Assembly: GCF_009914755.1 (NCBI RefSeq)
Contig: NC_060925.1
Reading direction: 5' to 3' (one strand)
Length of the DNA stretch: 64,000 bases
Origin: the human T2T-CHM13v2.0 reference genome, Homo sapiens
The notes beneath the pieces are model-generated. The model was not told where the DNA came from. It worked only from the letters and a program-made list of their open reading frames with translations, and searched no databases. Positions 14,373-31,983 of the stretch are shown piece by piece (position 1 is the first letter of the stretch; every line of letters starts with the position of its first letter). A program made the position numbers and the translations under genes.

Positions 14373-15544
14373 TCTACTTGGTATTTATATACATTATTTA
14401 TATGGTTGGTGGGACTTACTTCCACTTTACAGCTGAGGAGTGGGAGGCTCAAAGGGGTGAATAAATTTGCCTAATCACATGGTTAATCACTGGTGCACCC
14501 AGGTCTGCCAGACTGTATGATAAACCAGGAATTATTCTCATTAAAAAATATTTAGCCATGTCAAGGTGGACAAAATTATCTTCGAAATTACCACTAGGCC
14601 AGGTCTGATCTAAGCTCCCAGTTTTGTTATCTTCTTTGGGTAAGAGCTGATTCCACAAAGGGAACTGGCAGGCTTTAGGTGGAGATATTGGCCTTCCGTC
14701 CCCTCTGCAGCAACTCAGGTTTCGCTGCAGAAATCACTAAGACGCTGAGATCATCTGTCTCCCTGGGCACCCCTGGCCCAAGGGCCCGCAGTCATCTGTG
14801 GGAGAAGCTGCTGGAAGAAAGCACATCTGGGAGACAGCCAGTTTCTGTTCCTTTGCAGCTTTTGTATTTTGGTCTCTGCTCTGTATTCTGGAGCCCTCGA
14901 ACATACCGAGTCCCTTTTCCATTTGGCACCCCTGAGAACATCAGAAGGTGGTTTCTTGTCTCTCATTTTACTCCTAAAGTTTATTCCTCAGAGCCTAAGA
15001 ACACCAAGTCCCTAAACCAAATATCAGCAGAGAGAGGGACCTGCCCCCTTTTGCTTTATCCTTCTCCCCTCATCCCAACCCATCATCTGCCCCCTCAATA
15101 AACAGCACAACGGTACTATCAGTGGCTTCATGATAGACATAGCTTTGGACGAATTTATTTCTGATATAAATTAGTGAACTGTCTTCCAAGTGGTACATAA
15201 TACTGTGTTGGTGTCGCTGCCCAGAGACCCCCGTGGCCAAGGTGGCGTTCCTGATCGTGTGCTCTTAGACACGTGACTATGTGCAGAGGCTGCAGTTCTG
15301 TGCAAATGCTCAGTGCCAGGTAAATACAGGACTGGATCTCTAAACGGGATTAGTAGCTCCCGTGGGTTGAGTGTTGCTCAGGTGTCCCCTGCCAGGCAGT
15401 ATCTTCTATTCATTCCGTAAGCAAAAGGCTCCTGTGGTCTTGCATGCCTTTTAAGGGCTTTTGGATATGACACTAAACTCTCATCCCCACAGCTGTTGCC
15501 AGGCACTGTAACAAGGGCAGTCAATATATCATCTCATTACATTA

Positions 15545-15720
15545 TTTCTTCAATCTTCACTGCCGTCCTCTGAGGTGGTAATACAAACGCCATCGTATTG
15601 ATGAGGAAATGAAGGCACAGAAGGGTTAAGTAATTTGTCCAAAGCGGGAATAGAAAAATATCAGAGCTGAGGTTCAAAGCCAGGTCTGACCCCGGGGTCC
15701 ACCCTTTACTTGTACTCCAT
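15545..15720 (-). mobile_element. MIR
   Basis: GATGAGGAAATGAAGGCACAGAAGGGTTAAGTAATTTGTCCAA core. Confidence 0.65.
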
Positions 15721-16819
15721 GTTGCCTCTGATCCTAAAGGCATCCTTTGTGCTAAGAATTGTGTGCTTCACCCTGGACTACAATGTCGACCCCCGAGGTC
15801 AGGAGCATCATAGCCACATTGAGAATTCTGCTACGTGCATGTGCAGACCACTCTCTCTGAAGGAAATATACATGGAAATATGCTTCGGGGGCAGCCTGGG
15901 GTGGGGGGAAAATGATGGAGAGAGGTGACAAGATTTTGAAGACTTATTCTATGAAATATAGCTTTTTTTTTCCTTCAAATTCAATGGATTGAGCCAAGAT
16001 CCAGCATCTTTACTGATGCTCAAAAGCTTTAATTAGGCTCATCTCAGGAATCATGGCTCTGGAAAGCTTTCCACAGGCCGATAAAGGAATTCCTGCACCT
16101 TTGTGATCATGCTCTTCTACCTTTCACTTCCTGACCGTCTGGCTTGACTTCAAAATCACATATATGCTTCAGTGTTTTTTTAATTGGGATGCAATTTCAT
16201 CCAGCTTTTTTTTTTTGAGACTACCACTGCAGCTTCCAAAAATGCATGCTGAGGCCCCAGTTGCCAGGAGAACTGTAGTGTCACCCAGAGGGACATGATG
16301 ATGAGGTTGCAAGAGAGCTCGCTGGGAAGGTGCATGGGCCTTCAGGGGACTTTTGAGTGCCTTCCATCCACCCGCTACCCCCTTGTCAGTCCTCCAATCC
16401 TTCAAACCATCTTCTAGACAAGTTTGCAGAGCTTGACTCAAATGTACCCTGGAGATTTCAAAATTAGAGAGATGACACTGTTTGGGGATTCTTCTGTAAG
16501 TCTTGTGAAAACTTAGTGGAGCAGTGATTCCATGCAAGGTCCACTGTGGATTTTTCTCAACTCTGCGTTCTCAGCAAGTATCTCAGTGATGACTTAGGAG
16601 ATCAGAACATGCTGATAATTATTTAAATTATTGATGGATTTTTTTTTCTTCTAGGGTTGAGTATTTTTATACTAGAACTGTGCTTCAGTCTAGGGAATTA
16701 ACATTTTGCTAAAATATTATGTGTAAAATTCACTCATTTAAAAATGTATTATAGAGGGAAGAAGAAAGGAGAGAGCCAGGAATCAATATTGCCTAAAGAT
16801 ATGGATAGATCGGAGACAG

Positions 16820-17677
<858 letters not shown>

Positions 17678-18023
17678 TAATTTTAATTTTTAAGCCCTCA
17701 TCTCCTTTTTAAAAAACATTCCCACAAAAGAACATTTAGATACAGGTACAAGTCACTGCTGAATTGACACACAACATCTTACTTTAAGTAAACTCCACAT
17801 GTAAAATATCCAGATTTGAGTCCCTCAATCCTGTCGTGCCTAAAACCTGAACCATCCCTGGGTTCCCTGATGATTAAGCCAAAAGTTCCCATTTTTATTA
17901 AATGATTTTGGGGTTGTTTTTAATCACTTGCAGCTGATTTCATATTACTCTCCATAAGTTGGTGCACATGAGAAAAATCAAAATAATCACGTTTTGGGTC
18001 ACTGAGAGTGACAACAGGAATGA

Positions 18024-18727
<704 letters not shown>

Positions 18728-18736
18728 TAGTTTTTT

Positions 18737-21190
<2,454 letters not shown>

Positions 21191-21206
21191 GCCTATTTAG
21201 TTTTTT

Positions 21207-21508
21207 ATTTTTATTTTTTTTGAGGAGGAGTCCCACCTTGTCACCCTGGCTGGAGTGCAGTGGCATGATCTCGGCTCACTGCAACCTCTGCATTCCAGAT
21301 TCAAGCAATTCTCCCTGCCTTGGCCTCCCATGTAGCTGGGATTACAGACACCCACCACCATGTCCAGCAAATTTTTTTGGTATTTTTTAGTAACGACAGG
21401 TTTTCACCATGTTGGCCAAGCTGGTCTTGAACTCCTGACCTCAGGTGATCCACCTGCCTCAGCCTCCCAAAGTGGCTGGGATTACCGTGTGAACCACTGC
21501 ACCCAGCC
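21207..21508 (-). mobile_element. Alu (S-like)
   Basis: Alu consensus motifs. Confidence 0.9.
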
Positions 21509-22129
21509 AGATATATATCTTTAAAATATTCCAATACTCTCTTCTAATGTGATATTGAAAATGGAAAAAGAATACGTTTACACTGAGTCTGGGAGTTAGT
21601 GACTACCCACACGGCCAGTGGCAGTGTCTGCAGGGGCGGGAGGCAGTGGGTGAGATGACTGGGGGCCCTGGATGCCAGACCCGGCTCCTTCCCCCTAACA
21701 TCTGTATTTCTCCAAGTCTTAGGGTCCAAGTTTCCTCATTTCTAAACTGCAGATGATAAAAGCTGCCCTCCCTATTGGTGATGTTGCGAAGAGAAATGAA
21801 TCAAGTGCTTTACAAAGTTAAAAGGGTACATTTTTTACTCACTGAATTTGAAAAAAAGAAATTGATACAGATTTTCTATTTCTATATTCCATGAACATGT
21901 TTCTTTCTGCCTTAAGACTGCTGCTTCATCTGTACAATGTAATCACTACACTGCTGTTTTTGGATTTATGTACCTTCTGATAGATCGTTTTAACTGCCTG
22001 TGATGGTACTAGTTAAAAGGTTATCATGGACTCATATATATCATGGAAAACTAGAATAGGTTTGATGTATTAATAATTACACCAGTGTAGAATGATTCCA
22101 GCCCTTGGGTCTCTGTTTAACCTTAATAA

Positions 22130-22365
22130 TAAAAATAGCTAGCATTAATTGGGTATTATCTATGTGCTAGGTACTTTGCACATTTTGTCTCTTCTACACT
22201 TCACCCAATGAAGTAGTTACTATTATTAACCCCATCTTACAGATGAGAAAACTGAGGTTTGAAGAGCTCAAGTTAAATTGTACAGAGTGGGACATTTGGA
22301 AGATAGCAGGGATGGGATAATTGGCTGGGAATTGGGAGTTTCGGCACTGAACCACTCCACTGCCT
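22130..22365 (-). mobile_element. MIR
   Basis: CCCATCTTACAGATGAGAAAACTGAGG core. Confidence 0.7.
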
Positions 22366-22749
22366 GCCTTCCCATCACTCATGTCAGGCTGGCTTGTGGT
22401 GCTGTGGGCAGGGGGATGACACTGCTCTTTCCTGTGCCAGGACTCACCTTTGATGAGCCATTCTCATCCTTGCCTGTACAATGAGGCAAATGGACCAGAA
22501 AATTTCTGGAAAACATTTATGGAAAGGCATCTTCTATGTCTTCTAGTACATAAATCAGGCCATGGAAGAGATATTTGAATGATGAGCTCCCTGTCCTTAC
22601 CGTCCTGTTTCCTCATCTCCATTTCCCCTCATTCACCAGCAGTGGTTCCCAAGGCCTTGCTTCCTCACCAGGGGATACCGTGGAGCACAGCTGGACTACC
22701 ACTCCCTGGGTGACCCCCACCCAAGGAGCTTCACAGCCCTGACACCTAC

Positions 22750-22864
22750 CAATATAAGCTGCTCCATCTGTCACCATGTACTTGTTGCGATTTAACCTAG
22801 GAAAGGTGTGATTCTTTTGTTCTTTTGTAGCACAAGCATTCTCTCTTTCCAGATCAAAAAATTT
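22750..22864 (-). CDS. PLD5: PLD5 penultimate coding exon (115 bp, KFFDLERE...RLNRNKYMVTDGAAYI), second degenerate HKD motif
   Basis: Polypyrimidine tract plus CAG acceptor 22867-22865, GTAGG donor from 22749. Confidence 0.96.
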
Positions 22865-25800
22865 CTGTAAGAAAAAAAAAAAGGGGGCAGGTAAATAAGA
22901 GGAACGTTTCTGGTCTTGTCCAAGAGCACAAAAGAATGCATTATCCAAATGTCAACAATAGACCTCAAGTTGGGTTATGAAAGCCATAATCTTATTACCT
23001 CATATAGATGAAGCTATTTTTGTTCTCAAATCTAAATAGGCAACAAGAGAAAATTAGCGTGCTCAACTAGGTATATAATTAACACTTTTAAGCTACAAAA
23101 TGAACACAAAATTCGTTTTCTTTTTTCAGCAGGATAAGGGCCAGAAGGTTGTTTAATTCTCATTGTCTTATTCATCGGGGTGCCAGCTTTGAAGCATGCC
23201 TCAGGGTGCTTTCTGCCAAGCATGGCAATGAACCGAATGAGTATTCTTACATGTTGCATACATTATGTCAATGACTAGCTGATTAAACTGGGGATTTGCC
23301 AAGGTCAAAAGAGACTTTGCCATAGGAACATAGGAACAAATACTTTTCTGTCTGAACACCTAAGTCTAGGAGCTCTTTTGATAGACAACTCAAAAAAAAA
23401 AAATCACAACTTCAAACCGTGAATTCTGAATTTCAACTTTTATTGACTCAAAAGGTGACATTCCAGTTCACCCAAGGCCAGGAATGGGGCAGCTGAAAGA
23501 AGGGGGATGACTGCAGGAATGGCCAGGCCATGCCTTAGGGGTCTGTGGAATTGGCTAAATTTTCAGATGAGGCTTAAACTGTGGCTAAGCTCATGGAACT
23601 CCATGACTCAGCTCACTGGAAGACACTAGTCAAAGGTGAAAATATCAGGTATCCCCTATATGGGAAAATGTTGAGTATTTTCAGAACTGCGTGGAACCTT
23701 GTGGAATGTCTTACAGCTATAGAATCGTGTATTTAAAGGAAAGAAGAGGCAGGGAGGAAAATGGCATGATACCTAGAAAAGGAGATGTCATTTACAGTTT
23801 TAAAACTGTAAGTGTTCACATTTGGTTTGAGGAAATAATGAGAGTTGGACTTCCCCCTCCCCTAGCGTGGTAGAACGGTGATAAACTAGATGATCAGTAA
23901 GATCCCTTCTAGCCACAAAAGTTCTATTTTGATTTTTTGTAAAACCCTTGAGGTCCACAGAGCAGAGATCAAAATCTACTACTTAAAAACTGTCTATTCC
24001 ACAACACAGGTAAACACATTATCTGTGTGGCTCTCAGGGCCCTATCACCACGGTTATAGACAATGATACCTGGTTCACCCAGTGTCCTCAGTTCCTGTCT
24101 TCTGTAAAATCTGCATTGGTTTCTGGACTCTTCAGACTGACTTAATAACCTGTGAATGTTCTTAAGTCACAGTTTTATGTTCATGAGGTCACATGAATGT
24201 TGAGGGCATCACCATCAATAACAGCCAGAAGTCACCTCGCTTGGACATAATATCACAACACGTGGCCACACGTGTGACTGTTTCCTTTTGGGAAAGATAT
24301 TATTGTAGAATCAAGATGGATTTCAAAAAGAATAAAATATACATCTTGAGTTAAGTCAAGGATAGAGTCACAGCTTGAGGCTTTAGTAAAAACCCATTTG
24401 CTCTAGAAAGTCAAAGACGGCCCTTAAGAGGGGAAACAGCTTTCTCTGGAAGACTAAAATGACAGCAGAAATGAGGTTTTATTCACTGGTATTATTCGAC
24501 ACCTAATACACTGTGGGTGACAGCAAAGACATTTCAAAAGGGGTTTATTAATTTGTTAAAAAAAACTAAAAAATCAGCTGACTGGGAGAATTCTGTGCTT
24601 CACAGTCTTTTCTCTTTTCATGAGTCCCTCATGGAGATAAGCCCACATCAGGGCTGGAGGTGGTTGGAGGTGGGGGTGCCCACTCCTTTAAGGACAGAGA
24701 TTCCCTACCTAGTTCCCAGGCCATGTGCTTTGTCAGTGCTCCCAGGCTCCTGGAGACATGCTCTATGCAAGATTCCAATCCTCACTTTTCTTGTAAGAGT
24801 TTATCACCCATCTGTGTTCTAGACATTAGGGCCATAAGCTTCTTGCCCATCTAGGCTTGTATTGATGCTTAGAAGTGTATGGCCTCTGTTTTATAAAATG
24901 GCTATATGTGAACTACTAATGTTTAGTTTATTAAAAAAAAAGTGACCATCTATGATCAAAAACATCAAAAAGATGAAGCTGATTAAGTACTGTAAAGGTT
25001 GCAATGATGGATGCTACTTTCCTTGTAATTTTTTGTAATTCTTAAATGAGAGCAGTTGACATTTCACGCCCTAGAAGTTTTGACTGCAGGTGCCCTAGTG
25101 GCAGGTGTGCTGTGGGGGTCAAGAAACAGTGGGTGGACATGGACCCGTGACTTGGCCAGAGGAGAATTTGGAAAAGGAGATTGGAGCAAATGTACCATAT
25201 GGTATACCAAAAGTCCCAGACTGTCCTCTCTGTTCCTGCTAGACCTCACGAATAACAGGGGCTCCTCTGAGTGCGAGTGTACTGACCTCCAGAGTGCATG
25301 ACTTCACTGGGCAGCCTCTTCACCCATGGTCACCCTTCCCCAGCGCACACCTGCAGAAAATGGCTAACCACACCTTGGACTCAGGCACTGTCCTGGGTTC
25401 TGCCCTGTCCCCTCACTGGCTTGCAGAATCTTTCTTATTACTCTGCCTTTATTAGCTCCCTTCTTTGACTTCATTTGTTCATGCATGCACTCATTCAACA
25501 TGTATGTTTTGAAAACTCCACCAAGCGTCATGTGAGCCATTGGTGAACTAGACACCTGTTCTTTTTCTCACTTCCTTTTTGCTGGAGCTCCGTATGCCAC
25601 TGTAATTATCTGGAAAATGCTGTTTCGGAGCTGAATCAATCCCAAGAGTTCTCTTGTCTGTGAAAAGGTATTGAACACAATTAGACTCCATTCTCCTGTG
25701 TCTCTGACTTCCTAGGACTGCACCTGCTTCTCCTCTGATACTGGGCACCTGACTCCAAACCCAGGTTGGTGCCCTGATCCAACTCCTGGTTGTTTCATTT

Positions 25801-26205
25801 ATTTGAAAATCTGGCCTGGAAAACAGATCTGTGGTAGTAATCACAGTCATGTTTTTATTTCCAATACTTACACTGATTTGTGACTACACAGATATGTGCA
25901 TGATTTCCTCAGTTTACAAAAACCAGTTAAGTAGAGATCAGAATTTCTATTATCCATCAATGTTACCAGACTATTCGGGAGATTAAGATGAAAACACAGG
26001 TGAGAAGCATTGTTTTTGGAAATTTACAGTAAATTCTAAATTTTTATGTATTTAAATTGTTAATAATTTCATGAAAAATAAAATTTAAAATATCTTAATG
26101 GCATGAATGAGTTACAAACATTTTATCTGATTCTTTTTTTGATCCTCAGGGATATAATTCGGATGTGTAGCTTCTCATATCTTTGAGCAGATGCAGTATA
26201 TGATG

Positions 26206-26514
26206 TTTTTGTTTTTGCTTCGAGACAGTCTTGTTCTGTCCCCAGGCTGGAGTGCAGTGGCAATCATAGGTCACTGCAGCCTTGAACTCCTAGGCTAAAG
26301 TGATCCTCTTGCCTCTACCTCCTGAGTCCTGAGTCCCTAGGACTACAGATATGCACCACCACACCTGGCTAGTTTTTGCTTTTTTTTTTTTTTTTTGTAG
26401 AAATAGGGTCTTGCCATGTTGTCCAGGCTGGTCTTGAACTCTTGGCCTCAAGTGATCCACTTGTCTTGGCCTCCCAAAGTGTTGGGATTACAAGTGTGAG
26501 CCACTGCACCTTGG
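26206..26514 (-). mobile_element. Alu (J-like)
   Basis: Alu consensus motifs. Confidence 0.88.
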
Positions 26515-26775
26515 TGTATGTGATGTTTCTTAATATAGATAAGAAAGATTAAAAAGGACTTTGTAACTGCAAGGATCTCTTCTACATGCAGACGCCATGG
26601 AGACATGTTTAAGAGCTCAGGTTCTGGAGTTCAAAAGACTTGGGTTTGAGTCTTGCCCCATTACTCACTAGTGTCCTTGAGAGAGGTTATTTAATGTATG
26701 CTTCAGTTCCCATGTCTATAAAATAGGGAAAGTACCTGTTTCACTGGGTAATTGTAAATATTATTATCTCTTAAG

Positions 26776-26901
26776 TTTTTTTGTAGAGATGGGGGTCTCC
26801 CTACTTTGCCCAGGCAGGTCTTGAACTTGTGGCCTCAGATGAACTTCCTGCCTTGGACTCCCAAAACACTGGGACTACAGGCATAAGCCACATGTCTGGC
26901 T
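26776..26901 (-). mobile_element. Alu monomer
   Basis: Degenerate left arm. Confidence 0.8.
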
Positions 26902-27283
26902 GTGTGGTTATGAATATTATATAATCTATAGAAGGCATTTAATTCAGTGCCTGGATAACTGTATATACTCATGAATATTCATGAATCTAACACATTCCTT
27001 CACTTATTTAAAAAGTATTAAGTACTTACTAAGTTCAGGCAATGTGAAGTGGTTCTGTCATAACAGCAACACAACAAAAACTTAATAAACGATGTAGCAT
27101 TGGTTTACTCAATGGACAGCAGGCAGCAAGTAAATTGGTATTGTAGGGTGGAGAGATGAAAACTCATGTTATACAGTGACAAACTATTTGGTAAAAACAT
27201 AGCCAGCATTTATTTGGAAGGAATACCAAGTACCACTGAACCTTTGGCTTATAGGGCTTCGGCTATAGGGACTGGGGAAATGA

Positions 27284-27605
<322 letters not shown>

Positions 27606-29275
27606 TGTTAGTTGTGCTTTTAAAAAGCTTATTAGAGGAGATAAATAGGCTCAGGGAAGGAAGGGCTAGTTTATAAATGATATAAATGATATAGAGAACA
27701 GATCACCCAGAAATTTGGTATTTCACAGGGTTGAAAAAGCTGATTGTACCTAAAGCTCAATAATAGAAAATAAGTATGAAAAATCCTTTAAGTGGCCAGT
27801 TAAGACTGAGCCCTGTAGAAAAGATGAAATAATTGGTGTAATAATAATAGGTGTAATCTTCCCACCTGTGTCTGATGGTTTTGCATAAACTCTATCATTA
27901 GAGAGAGAGAAGTCTATGAACTAGAAAGCATAATTCATCAAGTTAGGGAATTATGTACAACAAGAAACTCTGGACATGGCTATGGATACATGGAAATAAC
28001 TAGAAACAAGTACATCAGAACCTATTACATTTCTGAGAAACTTGCATTGCCCAAGAAACCAACCAGCTCATGCTAGGACCCCAAACTCCTTTAACTGTTC
28101 ATGCCTTAAAACAACCTTGGGTCCTTGGTTTGAACCAGCAGGAGTATGAGGACTTCACAGTACCTGCCCAGAAGAGTTTTATAATTGCTGTGGACCAGGA
28201 ACTGCCATGGGCCTCCAAGCCTTCCCTTTCTAATGGCAGTTTTCCTTGTGCGTATCCTGTTTCTGTACTCAGGGAGGGAGGTAACATTAACCTGATGTTA
28301 GGTATTTTTTGGTGTGTGGTGGGGAATTGTTACGGTTTTATTTTAGTTTTTACATTGACAAACTATGATGTACCGCTTTCAGGCTTGATGTCCAGAAATG
28401 CACATCACTGGAAGACTCTGTGCAGTGACTGCATGAAACTTTGCATTTTCTCCCTTGTGGGAGGTGAGAATGAGGGTTCTCTATGAGGCAAGATGAGTGA
28501 AATGGATCCCGTGTACCAGGAACTTCAGACCATGATGATTCACAAACCTGTTCCTTTGTCACCCTGGAAACACAGCTGACTTTCTGACCATGGTCATAAG
28601 CCTCCCTGGCCATTAGGCATGGCCATGTGAAAGCTATCCAGGCAGTGGAATGAAGGCTAAAGGGATGTTCCCTACCTCCAGTCCCAATCCAAAATGCCTC
28701 TCACACAGCCCTCCAATTTCGCTCTTCTCCTGTCTGGCCTTGGGATATTCAGGGTCAGGGCGATCTTGGAAGCCATGTGTCAAAGTTAATTGCGGAGCCC
28801 TTGATACCCTGGGTCCCTAAATGCTGCAAGGAATGCAGCTTCGTTACCTAGAAGAGAGCCTGCCACAGGCCAGATTCTGTTAAATGGCTGCATGGGGGTT
28901 GAGAAAAGCTGAGGCCTAAAGGATCAGTGGTTATGAGGTGGGTAAACATGGAGAAGAAGAGTGTTGTAGGCAGAGGGAATAGCTTGCACCAAGTCTGGGG
29001 TGGAGGAAGAGGGCGACGAGGACTGGAGTAGAGTCAAACATGACCTAGAGAATTAACACATTTCAGGTATTGCTAATTCCCAATCTTACCTCCCTCAAGG
29101 TCTCCAGAGGGGGATTAGTACGTGGCCCAAGGGACCTGGGGCAAGCATGGGGACCCAGACGACGAGGCATCTGGGCGGGGGGTCTGTGTGCTGCTGCATG
29201 CTCCAGTGCTCTGTTGGTCACAGTCTTAGAAATAGGAGCAGTAGGTGAATGGGGTCGTTCAAGGAAGATGGAGAG

Positions 29276-29516
29276 GGCCGGGTGCGGTGGCTCATGTTGG
29301 TAGTCCCAGCACTTTGGAAGGCCAAGGTGGGCAGATTGCTTGAGCCCAGGAGCTCAGGACCAGCCTGGGCAACATGGTGAAGCCCCATCTCTACAAAAAA
29401 TGCAAAATTAGCTGAGCCTGGGAGTCAAGGCTGCAGTGAGCCGGGATTGTGCTACTGCACTCCAGCCTGGGTGACAGAGCAAAACCCTATCTCAAGAAAA
29501 AAAAGAAAAAAGAAAA
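29276..29516 (+). mobile_element. Alu (J-like) with right-arm deletion
   Basis: AAAATTAGCT joined directly to GAGCCTGGGAG. Confidence 0.88.
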
Positions 29517-29752
29517 TGGAAAGGATGCAACAGAAAGTGAGAAGAGGGCTGGACGGAGGAGGCATCAGGAAACATGAGCTCTACTCTTTTTTTCGTATGT
29601 GATTGTTTTGAAAAAATTACTTAACGTGCTTTTTGAAGATTGCCGTCCTGGTTCTTACTGGAACTTTACACATAGGCGTATGCTTGCAGCTTTCACACAC
29701 ATGCAGAGGGCATTCACTTTTTATTTAATAACACAGTCAACGTAATACTTAC

Positions 29753-29921
29753 AACTTTCAAACTGCAGTTGGCTATTTCAGTGCAAATCGCTTTAAGAGA
29801 TGAAATAAAGTTAAACGTAAGGGGATCAGTTTCCTTCCAGAAGCTTAAAAGGAGTCGAACTCTAACGCTTCGTAAAACTAATGCTTCTCTTATTTTTGCA
29901 TCCAAGTCTGGCCAGTAAGTC
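29753..29921 (-). CDS. PLD5: PLD5 internal coding exon (169 bp, TYWPDLDAKIREAL...CSLKV)
   Basis: CAG acceptor 29924-29922, GTAAGT donor from 29752; phase 2 in, phase 0 out. Confidence 0.96.
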
Positions 29922-31279
29922 CTGCAGAAATCATATCCAAATAGAAAAAATAAACTAAGTTAGTTTGGGAAAAGAAATTTACTAGACAGCATAGAACATT
30001 GATATTACTCAGATCATTACTTTATCCTGTAATATATATAAGCAACCTCATCGGAGAGGCTGAAAAACATACAAGCATCTTAGCTTAGGCACCAAGAAAT
30101 GATGATTTGCTGGGACCTGCCCCTGCCTAAAAGGAGGTTTCCTACCACCAGGTCCTTGGGCTGTGTGGGCTGGGGTGAGGACAGGCTGACTGCCTCCACA
30201 GGCCACCCTTACTACATCTCTGACGCTACCTGGGCCTCAGTCCACTAAGAACTGATTATCCAATCGAATTCCAGTTAGGAACCCTGAGCACCCCCTCAGT
30301 CCCCAAATGCCACTAAAACCTCTCTTTGGTGATTGTCCCCGAAATGAACTTACGCTCTGGTCATCTGAGCTTCCCCACACTTCCTTTTCCCGACTGTCTT
30401 ACCGTGGTGTCTCCTTACCAAGCCTCCCATGTCTCCCCTGCCTTCCACGTTTTCTGCAGGGTCTTTGGAATCTTCCAACAGGCAAAGTTTCCCCAACAGG
30501 CTTGGCCTTTTCTCTGAATCCTTAAGCCTTTGCCTTAACTTGATCCTGATTTCTTCCCTGAGGCCACAGCTTCTCCTGGATTTCTGCGTGCATTTTCTAC
30601 CATGACCTGGCCACTTGGCTTATGATGTGGGGCAGACTCCCACTCTGCCTCTGCCGGCCCCCAACACACACTGTCACTTCCAGCACTGTCATTTAATTCT
30701 TATGTTAAAACAAAAAGCTTTCCTGTCTTAAGGACCAAGCCTTAAATCACTCTCCCTCCCCTCGGCCCTGACATTTGTAGACCTTTTGTTTACTCATCAA
30801 ACTCTTGCCCTAATTCTGGGCCAATTCAGTATTTGAACTAATGATACATTATTTGAAACTGTAGCCTGCCAGTGTCATGATCATTGCACCTCTAAAGGCC
30901 TCCTGTCCTTATTCCCCACTCTCTTAATTGCTTTTTCATCACATGCAGGCTGCAGATTCATGATGCCTTCAATCTGCCCGGTCCATCAGCTCCTCCTGTC
31001 TCCCTTGCCTGCCCAGCCTCATCTCAGTTCTGATCACTTGAAAGATACTTGCCTCTGTACCTTCCTCTTGCTCTTGGCAAAAATCTAGATCCTGGATCCA
31101 CGCTACAGTTTTCTTTGTCTGGTTTTATACCCATGAAGCTGAGGACTACAGGAAAGATCATCTCAGCCTTGTGCTCAAAATTGGTTTCTCTGCCTCCAGT
31201 CATGTACTTCATCGATGACCACCGCAGTGATCCATCTAAAGCAGACCTGGTGATGCTACTTCTTGAATTAAAACAGTGG

Positions 31280-31639
<360 letters not shown>

Positions 31640-31983
31640 TCAGGATCTCTGGTTCCTGGCCCTTGCCCCCTCTCCAGTTAGATCTCTCACCACCTTACCT
31701 TGAGCTCTTTTTCTCTACATGTGAAACTTGGCTCATGCTGTCCCTTCCACTGGGAAAATTTTTCACCCTTTTCTGACAAATTCCTCATTATTTTTTTTCA
31801 AGAAATTTTTGTGGGGAAACTGAATATTTTGAATTATAAGTCAGTGAGCATCTCCTCCAATGGGCTTCTTCTAACCCTGAAGCTGTGCCGCGGGGCTCTT
31901 TCACCTAGTGTCTGTAATATTCTGCACTCAGGAGGCTGAGGCAGGAACGGTGATCATTGCACCTCTAAAGGTGATATTCATCA

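Noticed and set aside
14679-15101. 140-aa ORF, plus similar ORFs at 28070, 39992, 56649 and 61900
   Set aside because: No recognisable domains or splice support; compatible with random intronic or LTR-derived open frames
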